Virus record (IMG/VR): IMGVR_UViG_3300029951_000012
DNA length: 64,000 nucleotides
Strand: one strand, 5' to 3'
Source: an uncultured virus (IMG/VR IMGVR_UViG_3300029951_000012)
Lineage: Duplodnaviria; Heunggongvirae; Uroviricota; Caudoviricetes
Within the stretch, counting starts at the first letter, position 1. The number at the start of each line of letters is the position of its first letter. Both the position numbers and the translations under genes were made by a program. The notes beneath the pieces were generated by a model that saw only the letters and a list, made by a program, of their open reading frames with translations, was not told the DNA's origin and did no database searches. Positions 37,317 through 47,396 of the stretch are shown here, piece by piece.

Positions 37317-37341
37317 TAACCCTCTACCAAGGAGCAAGAAA

Positions 37342-37902
37342 ATGCAGATTGACCAGAATAAAGTCGAGTTAGCGATTGTTGAGCAAGTTGCGGGCGAGCT
37401 TATCGAAGCTGATGGTTTGCGTGACCTCGTAGCTAAAACCGTTGAGCGCCGCATTGACAACATCTTCAAAGAGACTGCCGACAAGCAGATTAGCGATGCC
37501 GTGATGGGCGCTATCAAGGCAGGATTCGAGCGGCCCTACCGCAAGGCCAATTCTTTCGGTCAACCTACAGGCGATCCGACAACAATCGCTGCGGAGCTTG
37601 AGAAGCAGGTTGCTGGTTACTGGAATCAGATGGTGGATAAGCAGGGAAATCCCGCCGATAATAGCTACAACAAAACCACCCGCGCCGAATGGGTGATGCT
37701 CAACATGGTCGCTTCCGACTTCCACGGAGAAATGAAACAGCACATGGTCAATGTAGCGGCTTCCCTGAAAGATGGGTTGCGCGCCAAGCTACACGAAACC
37801 GTCAACTGTATGCTGTCAGACGTTTTTCGCGTTCGCAGCTTGGAAGACCAGAAAATAAACCAGCAGAACGATTCAAGCTGCATCCACCCGAAAGCCAAGT
37901 AA
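37342..37902 (+). CDS. Hypothetical helical protein
   Basis: AAGGAG RBS before MQIDQ. Confidence 0.65.
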   Translation: MQIDQNKVELAIVEQVAGELIEADGLRDLVAKTVERRIDNIFKETADKQISDAVMGAIKAGFERPYRKANSFGQPTGDPTTIAAELEKQVAGYWNQMVDKQGNPADNSYNKTTRAEWVMLNMVASDFHGEMKQHMVNVAASLKDGLRAKLHETVNCMLSDVFRVRSLEDQKINQQNDSSCIHPKAK

Positions 37903-37930
37903 CCGAATCAGAACTCTAAGGAGCAATACA

Positions 37931-38734
37931 GTGCCAGAAAACACGCAAATTGAGCGCGTAGCAACCACGCCGTCAGGGATGCAGCTTCTCGCGGAGCTAT
38001 CCCGCAAGGTGACAGACCCGCAGGCTGCAATTGAGATTGCCAAGCAGATTGTTGACCTTGAAACCAAGTGGGAAGAGATGCGCCAGAGCCGGGACAGATT
38101 CGATTGGGAGAAGTTGGAGCGCCAGGCGAAGGTTGAGTTTGCGGAGGCGTTCAAGAAGTTCAAGGACGATGCTCCCCGGATTCTCAAGACCAAGCACGTC
38201 TACTTCGAGAGCAAGAAGGCTGATTCCCCGGCGACGAGCTACTACCACGTCGAACTGGACAAGGCTTGCGAGCTGCTGATTCCCGCGCTTCTCAAGGTCG
38301 GCATAACGCACCGCTGGAAATGCACAGACCTTCCCGGTGGCATGACCCGCGTTACCTGCTTCCTGCGGCACAGGCTGGGCTATGAGGAGGAGGGCGCTTC
38401 ACTGGCTGGCCCTGCTGACCAGAGCGGCGGCAAGAACCCCATTCAGGGCGTTGGTTCCTCTACGTCCTACCTTGAGCGCTACACGTTCTTGGCTACCTGC
38501 GGCATCGTCGCTTCCAACACGGACAATGACGGCAACTTGCCGGGAATGACTCAGGGTGAGGCTGATATCCACATTGCGGCTATCCGAGCAGAGGAAGACG
38601 CTGTGAAGGTGATGGCGGCATGGACTAAGGCCATCGAATCGGCCAAGAAGTTCACCCCGCCAGATTACCGGGCTATGACTATCTACACCGAAGCGCGAGA
38701 CGAACGCCTGAAGGAATTGAGGAAATCCAAATGA
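37931..38734 (+). CDS. erf: ERF-family ssDNA annealing protein
   Basis: SGGKNPIQGVGSSTSYLERYT...DNDG motif. Confidence 0.85.
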   Translation: MPENTQIERVATTPSGMQLLAELSRKVTDPQAAIEIAKQIVDLETKWEEMRQSRDRFDWEKLERQAKVEFAEAFKKFKDDAPRILKTKHVYFESKKADSPATSYYHVELDKACELLIPALLKVGITHRWKCTDLPGGMTRVTCFLRHRLGYEEEGASLAGPADQSGGKNPIQGVGSSTSYLERYTFLATCGIVASNTDNDGNLPGMTQGEADIHIAAIRAEEDAVKVMAAWTKAIESAKKFTPPDYRAMTIYTEARDERLKELRKSK

Positions 38735-38970
38735 CCACGACCATTGTTAGGTGTGACCTATGCAAAGAGGAACTACCCGCCCAATCCAAGAAGGTTGCCG
38801 TGCAGATGGTGTTCACCACGGAGCAAACGGAGGGTAGAAGCACTACCCCATACCTATCCCTTGAGAGTATTGATTGCTGCAAGAAATGTCTTGACCGACT
38901 AATCGACAGCCATCCCCTTCACGCCTCTGGCGCACAAGGCTACAACGATTACCAATGGAGGCAGCAATGA
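38731..38970 (+). CDS. Small Zn-binding protein
   Basis: CDLC...CKKC. Confidence 0.6.
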   Translation: MTTTIVRCDLCKEELPAQSKKVAVQMVFTTEQTEGRSTTPYLSLESIDCCKKCLDRLIDSHPLHASGAQGYNDYQWRQQ

Positions 38971-39668
38971 GCAGAATCATTCGATGCACTCAAGGCGACG
39001 ACCTCTGGATAGCAGCACGCGTTGGCCGCATCACTGGCTCCAACGTAGACGCTCTCCTTGCCCCGCCAACGAGCCGCCAGTCCACGCGCAAGGGAATCAC
39101 CTACCCAGCTGGCACAGAGGCTCTAGAGAAGGCTGAGTACCGCCAGAAGCTCATCGTGGAGCGTATCTACGGGCGTGCTGTGGGCAACGTGACCACGCAG
39201 TACATGAGGGACGGCTCCGACCGGGAAGAGTTCGCCCGGATGCTCTACGAGGTTGACACGCAGCAAGTGGTTGAGCTGGTAGGATTCGCCCTGCACCCTC
39301 TCTGGGATTGGTTTGGAGCGTCTGCGGATGGTCTGGTAGGCGATAAGGGCGGCGTAGAGCTAAAGTGCCCGGCTGAGACTACGCATGACACCTACGCCCA
39401 GGACATCAACCTGCTAGTGGATGAGTACAAGGGCCAAGTTCTCGGCAACCTGATTTGCTTCCCCGAGCGCGACTGGTGGGACTTGGCGAGTTTCCAGCCC
39501 TACGCCCCGGATGCAATCAAGCTGCTCAAAGCTCCCCGCTTCCACCGCTCCGACTGGAAAGAAACCATCGCCAAGATCGAATTCAATGCGCTGGAGATGA
39601 ATGAGCAGATTGAGGCAGAGATCGCGAAGCGTGGTCTACCGCCTACGGTTTGGAGAATTATCGAATGA
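38967..39668 (+). CDS. YqaJ/lambda-exonuclease family recombinase
   Basis: QGxxxWxxxRxGxITGS, GASADGL, ELKCP motifs. Confidence 0.88.
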   Translation: MSRIIRCTQGDDLWIAARVGRITGSNVDALLAPPTSRQSTRKGITYPAGTEALEKAEYRQKLIVERIYGRAVGNVTTQYMRDGSDREEFARMLYEVDTQQVVELVGFALHPLWDWFGASADGLVGDKGGVELKCPAETTHDTYAQDINLLVDEYKGQVLGNLICFPERDWWDLASFQPYAPDAIKLLKAPRFHRSDWKETIAKIEFNALEMNEQIEAEIAKRGLPPTVWRIIE

Positions 39669-40060
39669 ACGCTCTACTGTAAATTCCTTGGCGATACATA
39701 GGAGTCTCGCTCATCATCATCGTTTGCGGTTGGGTGTATGACCGCGATAGTAAGCGCGACGAAGATTAGGAGGATGTGATGTACGAAGCAGTTGCCAAGC
39801 ATATCGCTGAAGCAGAGAAGGCCCGCCAAGATGCGCGCGAGTTGCGCTCTAAGGGCTACGCCGAAGCCGCCCGCATCGCTGATATCCGCGAGCGCTTCCA
39901 TTTGAGTTTTGCCAAGATTGAAGAGGCCAGCAATGAACCTTCCCGATAATCCCGCAAACGACCCCGAATCCCCAATGTACGAAGACGCCGAGCGCGAGAT
40001 TCAAGAGCGCGAAGACCAAGAACTCAGCCGCAGCAATCCCGATTACGAATAGAGGACACC

Positions 40061-40549
40061 ATGCCAGATAAGTCACAAGCGCCCCAGAATGAATCGGATA
40101 GCAGTTCCGACAACAGCAATACGAGTTTCGGCAAGATTAGGGCGCACATCAACAATATCGAGCACCCGGTTGACGAACTTGCACAGCGATATTGCGATGA
40201 GGGTGCGATGCCGAGCACCGCCTATCGTAACGTCGCGCAGAGTTTGTACGACACAATCAACCCGATGCCAGCCTCCAAGCCAGAGCCGAGCACCCCAGTT
40301 GCCCCGCTGAATGAAAATTCTGGCGTCAAGCCTATCAACAAAGACCCCATGACTGATATTTGCAGGTGTGGACATAACCGCGAAGACCAAGCGCAGGAAG
40401 ATTACACGTTAGGTCGGTGCGGAGCGTGCAACAACTGCCTCAAGTTTGTATTCTCACACTCGAAGGGTTCGCCTAAAGACTTGGCCCCAGTAGCAGCAAG
40501 CGGGCCGCAGGATGGCGATACGGAGGTCAGCGATGCCGACAAAGGGTAA
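40061..40549 (+). CDS. Hypothetical protein with Cys cluster
   Basis: CRCGH...CxxCxxCxKF. Confidence 0.55.
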   Translation: MPDKSQAPQNESDSSSDNSNTSFGKIRAHINNIEHPVDELAQRYCDEGAMPSTAYRNVAQSLYDTINPMPASKPEPSTPVAPLNENSGVKPINKDPMTDICRCGHNREDQAQEDYTLGRCGACNNCLKFVFSHSKGSPKDLAPVAASGPQDGDTEVSDADKG

Positions 40550-40787
40550 GGAATCCGCAAACGAAATGCTGTATTTCGACAGGCTCAAGCGCATTACAAA
40601 GTATCAGAGCGTCGAGCAACTGCGCAGGAGAAGCGGCAAGGATTATGGGTTGTCCTTCGAGGAAGCGCTCGAATACGCCTATGAGAACGTGCTCCAAGAG
40701 GCTGCAAACGCAATCAAGGGAAAGCGCAGGCCAAAGTTCGCCCAGCAGGACGTTACGCCCCAACCCAAAAGTGAAAGCGAGGAATAG
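40533..40787 (+). CDS. Hypothetical protein
   Basis: GGAGG RBS; YGLSFEEALEYAYEN motif. Confidence 0.6.
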   Translation: MPTKGKESANEMLYFDRLKRITKYQSVEQLRRRSGKDYGLSFEEALEYAYENVLQEAANAIKGKRRPKFAQQDVTPQPKSESEE

Positions 40788-41174
40788 AAATGAAAACCAA
40801 TTGCTCGATGTGCTGCAAGGAAATTGATGATGGTGAAGTTCAACGCTGCGACGAATGTGGCGAGGATGGTCTATGCGAAGACTGCATGGGAAACCACATT
40901 TGCGATTCGGAGGAACCCCAGTGACCAGATACTTTGCTCTGCTCGGGTTGTTGATGTGCTCTGTGGGTTTCATTATGGCAGACCAGGCTCACTTAGTCCG
41001 CACCACTGGCCATCGTCGAACACCGTGGGTTGAGCGTTACAGATGGAACGGAAGAGACTGCATGGAAGGTTGGACGTGGGTTGCTTGTGGGTCACCCGAC
41101 GCTCCACCTCAGGGACGGTAGCAAGTGATGCTCCCCGAACTCAGCAAGCCGCTCTGGATTCCAAGGATGTGACC

Positions 41175-41588
41175 ATGAATGAGCAAGAACAAATCGAGGT
41201 TTGGCAGCGGCAGATTGCGGCGAATGTGACGCTTGAGGACTTCAATAAGTTCGTCGTTCCGGCCATGCGAAGTGATGAGACTTTCAAGCGCATGGCCGCG
41301 GAGGAAGCGAAGCGCCGTGGCTACCGTGCAGACAAGACGCTCGGCATCTACGTCGAGCCTGTCAAGATGGTTACCACCAAGGGCCGGAATCTCCTCAAGG
41401 TTGGGTGGTCGAAAGACATTCTCTACGCGGAGTTTTCGTCCGGCGACACGTACAGCTATCTCGGAGTGCCGCAAGAGGAATTCTTCAAACTCACTCGCAG
41501 CCCGTTCCCCGATAAGCTCTTCGCCACCAATGTCCGCAACAAGTTTCCGTCCGCAAGGTGTCCAACGCAAAGCCGCCCCAGCGGTTAG
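41175..41588 (+). CDS. KTSC-domain protein
   Basis: VGW...LYAEFSSGDTYSYLGVP...F pattern. Confidence 0.75.
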   Translation: MNEQEQIEVWQRQIAANVTLEDFNKFVVPAMRSDETFKRMAAEEAKRRGYRADKTLGIYVEPVKMVTTKGRNLLKVGWSKDILYAEFSSGDTYSYLGVPQEEFFKLTRSPFPDKLFATNVRNKFPSARCPTQSRPSG

Positions 41589-41812
41589 GCTGAGGCGGCA
41601 AGATGGTTGCGGGGGAGTCTCTGCGACTGTCGAGGAGGCAAAGAAGGGGTGCGCGGCTCACCCCGCAGTTGCAATCATACACGATTTGATGCACAATGAG
41701 GATGTCGAGTGAGGCAGCAATGCAATTTTCCCCCACAATTCGGGCAAGAAAATCATTGCATCTCTGCGCCTCGGCATCCTCTACGCAAATTCCTTTTTCT
41801 AAGCTCACATTT

Positions 41813-42103
41813 GCCGCGCCTGTACCGGGTTCGTCTTTTGTGGGGGCGGCTTTGGGAGCATGTCTGGGTCAGAATACTGACCTCTCACCGAAAACGGGAG
41901 CCTTTGGGACTGGTGTGACGGGACGACGCAGCCAACGGATAAATCGACAACGCCCGGCATAGGGCAGTCCGACCGTTCGGGGGCGTAGCGGCTCCCGGCT
42001 AATCCACGCATAGCGAAGCGGATTCCATTTTTACCAAAGCCGAAGGTGTCCCCATTGAGCCTCGGGTGCAAAAGAGTCCGCAAAGGACTCCTGAAAGGGT
42101 AAA
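41813..42103 (+). ncRNA. Candidate large structured RNA / replication-origin element
   Basis: Nested perfect helices 41847-55/42034-42, 41895-902/41990-97, 41907-12/41965-70 plus several hairpins; no credible CDS. Confidence 0.5.
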
Positions 42104-42106
42104 TCA

Positions 42107-42328
42107 GTGACATACGAAGAGCAGCAGCTACGGGAAGAATTGAACCGGGTACAGGAAGAGGACAAGACCCTTACAAAGCGTTTTTACGAATGTATGTCTG
42201 GGCAAGCCATTTGGCGGGAAGGCGAGCGCCAGCAGATTAGCAGCAAGTTTGAGGCTAACAGTGAGACAATCCGCCATCTCGAAAAGCGAATTTTTGCGCT
42301 AGAGTTTGCTCGCATGGGGGAGGCATGA
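42107..42328 (+). CDS. Coiled-coil hypothetical protein
   Basis: Coupled to the helicase gene. Confidence 0.55.
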   Translation: MTYEEQQLREELNRVQEEDKTLTKRFYECMSGQAIWREGERQQISSKFEANSETIRHLEKRIFALEFARMGEA

Positions 42329-43866
42329 GCCAGTACGGTCTAATCCGCCCGACCAATGAGATAGCTTTGCGCCCGTTGCGCCCTCGTCAGGAGGCGGCTA
42401 TCGCGGCCATACGTTTGGCTATACGGAGCGGCAAGCGGAAAATCATACTCATGCTGCCTACGGGTGGCGGGAAGACGCTCATAGCCGCGCATATCATCGC
42501 TGGGGCTATCGAGAAGGGCAAGAAGTCGATGTTTACCTGCCCAGCCATCAACCTCGTAAATCAGACCCTACGGGCGTTTGAGGCTGAGGGCATCCGAGAC
42601 ATAGGCGTGATTCAAGCGCAGCACGAGCGGACGGACTGGCAAGCGCAGACGCAGATTGCATCCGTACAGACGTTGGTGCGGCGACCACTGCCAGAGGTTG
42701 ATTTGGTCATTATCGACGAGGCGCACGAGCGGCATGAAAAGTTAGAAGCCATCATCCTGTCTGACGCTTGGCGAGATAAGGTCGTAATTGGACTCTCAGC
42801 TACGCCGTGGAGCAAGGGGCTGGGGCTGGTTTGGGATGAGCTAATTGTCGCAGCGACCACGCAGCAGCTAATCGAAGAGGGTTGGCTCACTCCGTTCCGC
42901 ATCTTCGCGCCGTCCGTGATGCCAGATTTTCGCGCCATGAAAATCAAGGCAGGAGAGTTTGAGGATAAATCCACCTCTGCGGAAATGAGCAAGAAAACCA
43001 TCATCGGCGACATCGTGAAAGAGTGGCAAGAGAAAGCGCATGGTTTGCCCACGTTTCTCTTTTGCGTTGACCGAGCGCACGCCAAGATCGCCAGAGATGA
43101 GTTTCAACAAGCCGGAATCGGATGCGGATACATGGACGGCGAATCAACGCCAGATGAGCGCAGAGAAACATTCAAGGCGTACCGCTCCGGCGAGACTCCC
43201 ATCATCGCATCGGTAGGAACGCTCATCACAGGCATAGATGAGGATGTGCGTTGCATCGTTGACGCGCAGCCTACGAAGTCGCAGATTAGGCTTGTGCAGA
43301 AATTAGGCAGAGGGATTCGTTTGGCGGACGGAAAAGACAGCCTCATCATCCTTGACCCTGCGGCGAACTGCTTACGCCTGGGACTCATTACAGATATTCA
43401 CCACGACACGCTAGACACTCGCAAGCCCGGAGAGAAGGGCGAAGCATATGCCGATGAGCCGGAGCCACCGAAGCCTCGCAAATGTAAAGAGTGCCGCGCT
43501 ATTATGCCGCCGTCCGCTAAGACTTGCCCGAACTGTGGGAAGGTGTGGTTTTCTACGAGCGCGGTACAGATTCAAGACGGCGAACTGACTGAGTTTATCG
43601 GCGGCACAAAGCCGAAGAAAGAGCCGAAACCAAAGCGCGACGAGAAGCAGGATTTTTACAGCGGCTTACTCTACATCGCCCAAACTCGTGGATTCAAAGA
43701 TGGTTGGGTCGCCCACAAATATCGTACAAAGTTTGGCGTTTGGCCTGTTGGTTTAGAGCGTGTTCCGAAGGCTCCTATCAAGGCAGTAAAAGAGTTTGAT
43801 GCAGAGCAAACTCGGCTGTATCGTGAGTCGAAGAAGTCAGCGCCACAAGTTGAAGCAACAGCATAA
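42325..43866 (+). CDS. SF2 DEAH helicase (RadD/YejH-like) with Zn ribbon
   Basis: PTGGGKT, DEAH, SATP, QKLGRGIR, CxxC-CxxC. Confidence 0.92.
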   Translation: MSQYGLIRPTNEIALRPLRPRQEAAIAAIRLAIRSGKRKIILMLPTGGGKTLIAAHIIAGAIEKGKKSMFTCPAINLVNQTLRAFEAEGIRDIGVIQAQHERTDWQAQTQIASVQTLVRRPLPEVDLVIIDEAHERHEKLEAIILSDAWRDKVVIGLSATPWSKGLGLVWDELIVAATTQQLIEEGWLTPFRIFAPSVMPDFRAMKIKAGEFEDKSTSAEMSKKTIIGDIVKEWQEKAHGLPTFLFCVDRAHAKIARDEFQQAGIGCGYMDGESTPDERRETFKAYRSGETPIIASVGTLITGIDEDVRCIVDAQPTKSQIRLVQKLGRGIRLADGKDSLIILDPAANCLRLGLITDIHHDTLDTRKPGEKGEAYADEPEPPKPRKCKECRAIMPPSAKTCPNCGKVWFSTSAVQIQDGELTEFIGGTKPKKEPKPKRDEKQDFYSGLLYIAQTRGFKDGWVAHKYRTKFGVWPVGLERVPKAPIKAVKEFDAEQTRLYRESKKSAPQVEATA

Positions 43867-43900
43867 GCACTTACAGGCAAGAACGCCGGAAAGGGCAAAA

Positions 43901-44152
43901 ATGAGCGAGGAAAATGAATTGCAGGAAGAGAAGAAGCGTTTCGATAAAGCAGTGAAGGTGATTGCAGACCTTTACATCGGGGAGACGCTGAAATTCTCGG
44001 TTCCCCTGCGTCCGGGCGTGAAGGCTGATATCGCAATTTCGGGCGCTAAGTGGAACAAGAAAACCCTTCTGGCTTTTTCAAGAGTCGTGCGCAATATGGC
44101 GGAGAACTTTGAAGAGCAAGAACACCCGTTGGCAGAATTCGAGCAAAACTGA
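43901..44152 (+). CDS. Hypothetical protein
   Basis: ORF in operon. Confidence 0.5.
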   Translation: MSEENELQEEKKRFDKAVKVIADLYIGETLKFSVPLRPGVKADIAISGAKWNKKTLLAFSRVVRNMAENFEEQEHPLAEFEQN

Positions 44153-44186
44153 TGGGCTGGCTAGTATTCACTGCCGAGGAGGGGAT

Positions 44187-44441
44187 ATGAGTAAGTTGTA
44201 TAAACTCGCCAAGCATGTGACCGCGCAATGGGATGTCCACTCTGGCGCTCCATGTATTGAGGGCAGACGCATATCCACGGCGCATGTCGCTGGACAGTTT
44301 GCCTATGGACGAGAGATGCAGGAAATGGCAGACGACTTTCGCGCTCCACTTGAGCATATCGAAGCTGCCGTCCGCTACGAACTAGACCGCCGCATGAAGC
44401 GTAAGCCAAGATTCAGAGCTAAGAGGCCCGGAGCATTATGA
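44187..44441 (+). CDS. DUF433-type HTH protein
   Basis: SGAPCIEGRRI...IEAAVRY. Confidence 0.75.
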   Translation: MSKLYKLAKHVTAQWDVHSGAPCIEGRRISTAHVAGQFAYGREMQEMADDFRAPLEHIEAAVRYELDRRMKRKPRFRAKRPGAL

Positions 44442-44698
44442 GCGCCTTCGACCCAATCTCCTACATCCGCGACGTTCGCGCTCTGCCTGAGTGCTTCCCG
44501 AGCAAGTACGTCACACTAACCAGCATCATCACCGACGCAAAAACCCTAAGAGACATCCGCGAGGCAAAGACGCTGCAATCCCTCAATGCACTATTCCAGC
44601 CAGCAGCGAAGGCCGCTAAAGCCGCAGGCGATACGTGGCTGGTGAATAAGTTGAAGGAAGAAGCGACAAGTAGAAAATCAGCACTGGAGGCGAAATGA
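44438..44698 (+). CDS. Hypothetical protein
   Basis: ATGA-coupled ORF. Confidence 0.55.
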   Translation: MSAFDPISYIRDVRALPECFPSKYVTLTSIITDAKTLRDIREAKTLQSLNALFQPAAKAAKAAGDTWLVNKLKEEATSRKSALEAK

Positions 44699-44886
44699 AG
44701 GATGATGCGGAGAGCGAAGAATACTTCTCAGAGTTAGACGACCAATGCACATGGACAGACCCTTGGTTCAATCAGTGCCGTTTACCTTACGGGCATGAGG
44801 GAATACACAACTTTGAATGCGTCAACAAGCAGCAATCACTTTTTGTTGAAGTCTGAAGCAGCAGCAAGGAAGAAGGAGATTCAAGC

Positions 44887-45069
44887 ATGAGCGATTTTCC
44901 AAAAGCTGAAGTAGGAAACTGTCAGTTCTGTATGCGCGACACCGGATGCTGCACGATGCGCGACCCATGCCCCCATTGTGGCGAATCGTTCGTGGATAGA
45001 GAAAAGCGCTGGGCAATAGAAGAACAGGCAGTAAGGCCGCAATTTACTCCCTCTGAGAGGCAGCTATGA
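44887..45069 (+). CDS. Small Cys-rich protein
   Basis: AAGGAG RBS; CQFC...CPHC. Confidence 0.5.
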   Translation: MSDFPKAEVGNCQFCMRDTGCCTMRDPCPHCGESFVDREKRWAIEEQAVRPQFTPSERQL

Positions 45070-45177
45070 GTTGGTAAATGTTTTGGCGCAAGTGGGTACG
45101 TCTTCACGGTAGGCCCGGAGGCTTTGTGGATTTGATGTGGATGTTCGATAACTACTGCTGGCAGAATCGAGGGCGCA

Positions 45178-45516
45178 ATGACTCCTGAGACGAAGGCCAA
45201 AGGTGAGATTCAGAAGTACCTTCAGATGGCAGGCCATAAATGGCTGCGCCTCCATAGCGGCATCGTGCGCGTTAAAGGTGGTTTCATGCACAGCAATGAG
45301 GAAGGCACAGCAGACCTTGTTGTGTTCCTGAAGGACAGGCCAGCGGCGTTTATCGAGGTCAAGGTTGAAGGACAGGCCACAGAGAAGGCGCGGCAAGAGA
45401 AGCAGGCGGCGTTCGGCGCGGACATGACCGAGTTAGGCCATCACTATGCCATTTGCAAGTCTGTGGACGAGGTAGCGTCCTTTCTGGGGCGCGTGGTATC
45501 GGGGAGGATTTCGTGA
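45178..45516 (+). CDS. VRR-NUC nuclease
   Basis: GTADL...FIEVK...Q motif. Confidence 0.85.
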   Translation: MTPETKAKGEIQKYLQMAGHKWLRLHSGIVRVKGGFMHSNEEGTADLVVFLKDRPAAFIEVKVEGQATEKARQEKQAAFGADMTELGHHYAICKSVDEVASFLGRVVSGRIS

Positions 45517-45686
45517 AGCTTAAGAGGATAGGCTCATCAACCCGCTACGCACAACTTCTCGGCGTAAGCGATAGGGCCATCATGGGGCTGGGCGGTAGGC
45601 CGAAGCTCAAGGTAATGCCTCCCGATATCCGCAAGCTGTGGCTGCGGCAACTGCTGAATACCTTGAAGGCGAGGAAGATAGCGTGA
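45513..45686 (+). CDS. Small basic protein
   Basis: GTGA-coupled ORF. Confidence 0.5.
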   Translation: MKLKRIGSSTRYAQLLGVSDRAIMGLGGRPKLKVMPPDIRKLWLRQLLNTLKARKIA

Positions 45687-46036
45687 GCTACCAAACCCAC
45701 AACGGCGTGAGAACCTACCTTGACGGGCGCGAGGTGTGCGATAAAACAGCCAAGGGAAAACGTAAGTATGCTCTCCGCACCGAAGCGATGGCAGCACGCC
45801 AAGACTATCGCTGTGCAATCGGTGGGGAAATGCTAGACCTGAGGGATGTCCAGTTTGACCACGAGGCAGGTAGAGGCTCTGGCGGGGGTCACAGGGACGA
45901 CCGCATTGAGATAGACGGCGAATGGGTCAACGCAGCGGTCTGCGGGGCGTGTAACGGACGCAAAGGCTCGCGGCGCTACTCTTGGCAGGACGGAAAGTAT
46001 CTACCAGTTAACGGAGGAAACAATGGGCAACTTTAG
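45683..46036 (+). CDS. HNH-type endonuclease
   Basis: FDHE...NAAVCGACNGRKGS. Confidence 0.7.
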   Translation: MSYQTHNGVRTYLDGREVCDKTAKGKRKYALRTEAMAARQDYRCAIGGEMLDLRDVQFDHEAGRGSGGGHRDDRIEIDGEWVNAAVCGACNGRKGSRRYSWQDGKYLPVNGGNNGQL

Positions 46037-46211
46037 CTATCGGTGGGCAGTTTTGGAGCGCTACCCAAACGCTTATTGCGCGGTAAGCTTTGGGACTAAA
46101 GCCGCTGAAGACAGGTATCAAGTGTTCTGCCCCGCACATGGCTACCTTGGCGACATGGCGTGCAAGAATCCACTATCTGCATGGGCGCACGCTTGGGCAT
46201 CAACGGTTTAA
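46023..46211 (+). CDS. Hypothetical protein, last gene of the rightward operon
   Basis: GGAGG RBS; AWAHAW end. Confidence 0.55.
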   Translation: MGNFSYRWAVLERYPNAYCAVSFGTKAAEDRYQVFCPAHGYLGDMACKNPLSAWAHAWASTV

Positions 46212-46217
46212 ACAGTA

Positions 46218-46239
46218 ACGGCCACCCATGAGGTGACCG
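46218..46239. terminator. Hairpin between convergent operons
   Basis: cggccacc-catga-ggtgaccg imperfect stem. Confidence 0.45.
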
Positions 46240-46310
46240 CTCTGCGATATCAGGCCCGACTTACTTGCACCTTCTGGGATGTTCCTGAGGAATGAGCCAG
46301 AGATGCAAAC

Positions 46311-46682
46311 TTAGGATATGGGCGGCGCGTCCTGTAAGTCGGTCGGCAGCGGGGTTAGCGTGCTGGGGTCGTCTACCGTGGTCGAGGTCTGGTAGGCGGC
46401 AAGGGCGTCCGTCAGGGCTGAGTCCAGCGCCGCCGCAATCGCTAGATCGCCGGGGTCGAGTGTGGAGTCCTGCTGTAACACCTGAATTTCGGACTGGAAG
46501 GCTGTCAGGAGCGCCAATTCGTCATTGGTAGGTGTGCCGCCAGCCTTCAGTTTGGCAATGAGGCTAGGGATGGCCGTCTCCAAGTTGCCGATGAGCGTGG
46601 CGAGGCTGGGTGAGATGACGCCGAACTGCTGGAGGATGGTGGGTAAGAAAGCGCCGAGCAGGGTCAGGATGGTAGCGAGCAT
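46311..46682 (-). CDS. Lysis-cassette amphipathic protein (B type)
   Basis: Paralog of 2504-2920. Confidence 0.75.
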   Translation of the reverse strand: MLATILTLLGAFLPTILQQFGVISPSLATLIGNLETAIPSLIAKLKAGGTPTNDELALLTAFQSEIQVLQQDSTLDPGDLAIAAALDSALTDALAAYQTSTTVDDPSTLTPLPTDLQDAPPIS

Positions 46683-46690
46683 GGTTTCTC

Positions 46691-47059
46691 CTACTTTGTG
46701 ATGGAGTTGAAAACAGAAACTGCGTTTTTCCAAGACGCCACAGCCGCCGCTACAGCCGCGTTGAGCGCCGACGCATCCCCACCGCCTGCCTTGTGGTACG
46801 CCTGCTCTGCAAGATCGGCGGCGTTTAGGAGTCCGTTGAGCGCGTTCATGGCGTCAAGCTGGGCCTGCGTCAGTTGCAGCTTGCCCGACTGGATTGAGGT
46901 TGAGATAGACAATGCGAATGCGTGCGCGGGCTGAAGCGCGGTATTCGCTGCTGCGTCGATGGAATCCACTGCGCCAACGGGAGGAGCAGGGGGCGGCGCG
47001 GCAGTGACGTGACAACCTGCAAGAATCAGGACAGCAAGTAGGGCGAGCTTACGGGACAT
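46691..47059 (-). CDS. Lipoprotein, possible spanin component (B type)
   Basis: LILAGC lipobox; paralog of 2929-3297. Confidence 0.72.
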   Translation of the reverse strand: MSRKLALLAVLILAGCHVTAAPPPAPPVGAVDSIDAAANTALQPAHAFALSISTSIQSGKLQLTQAQLDAMNALNGLLNAADLAEQAYHKAGGGDASALNAAVAAAVASWKNAVSVFNSITK

Positions 47060-47396
47060 TGGGCGCTCCGGGGGTGCTTGGTGGGATTGTGGGGTCAGGG
47101 CCGGTAGTTTTCTGAGCGATGACAGTTTCCTGACCACTCGGACTCTTGCTCGCCAATACCGTCTCCTGAATGACGTTCTGGACGGGTGACTGAATGAGGT
47201 ACAGCCGCACGCAACCGCCAGCCGTAGCCGCCACGATGCCCGCGAACTTGGCGATGCCGCCTTTGGTGGTGAAGTCAGCGAATGGAGCCGCCATGAGCGA
47301 TGTGACCACACCCATCAGAACGAACACTTCCAAACCCTTGAGCCAAGTTCGGACTGGGGCGGGAACCTTCTGCCAGTAAGAAATGATGGTCTTCAT
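47049..47396 (-). CDS. Holin-like two-TM protein
   Basis: Hydrophobic segments; C-terminal PGAPN shared with 3290-3550. Confidence 0.5.
   Translation of the reverse strand: MKTIISYWQKVPAPVRTWLKGLEVFVLMGVVTSLMAAPFADFTTKGGIAKFAGIVAATAGGCVRLYLIQSPVQNVIQETVLASKSPSGQETVIAQKTTGPDPTIPPSTPGAPNVP

Noticed and set aside
41696..42113. Short ORFs over the structured region
   Set aside because: Mutually overlapping, no RBS or protein-like features; better explained as non-coding
46212..46310. Possible att site between tandem prophages
   Set aside because: No matching core repeat, tRNA or integrase seen; looks like an ordinary convergent terminator region
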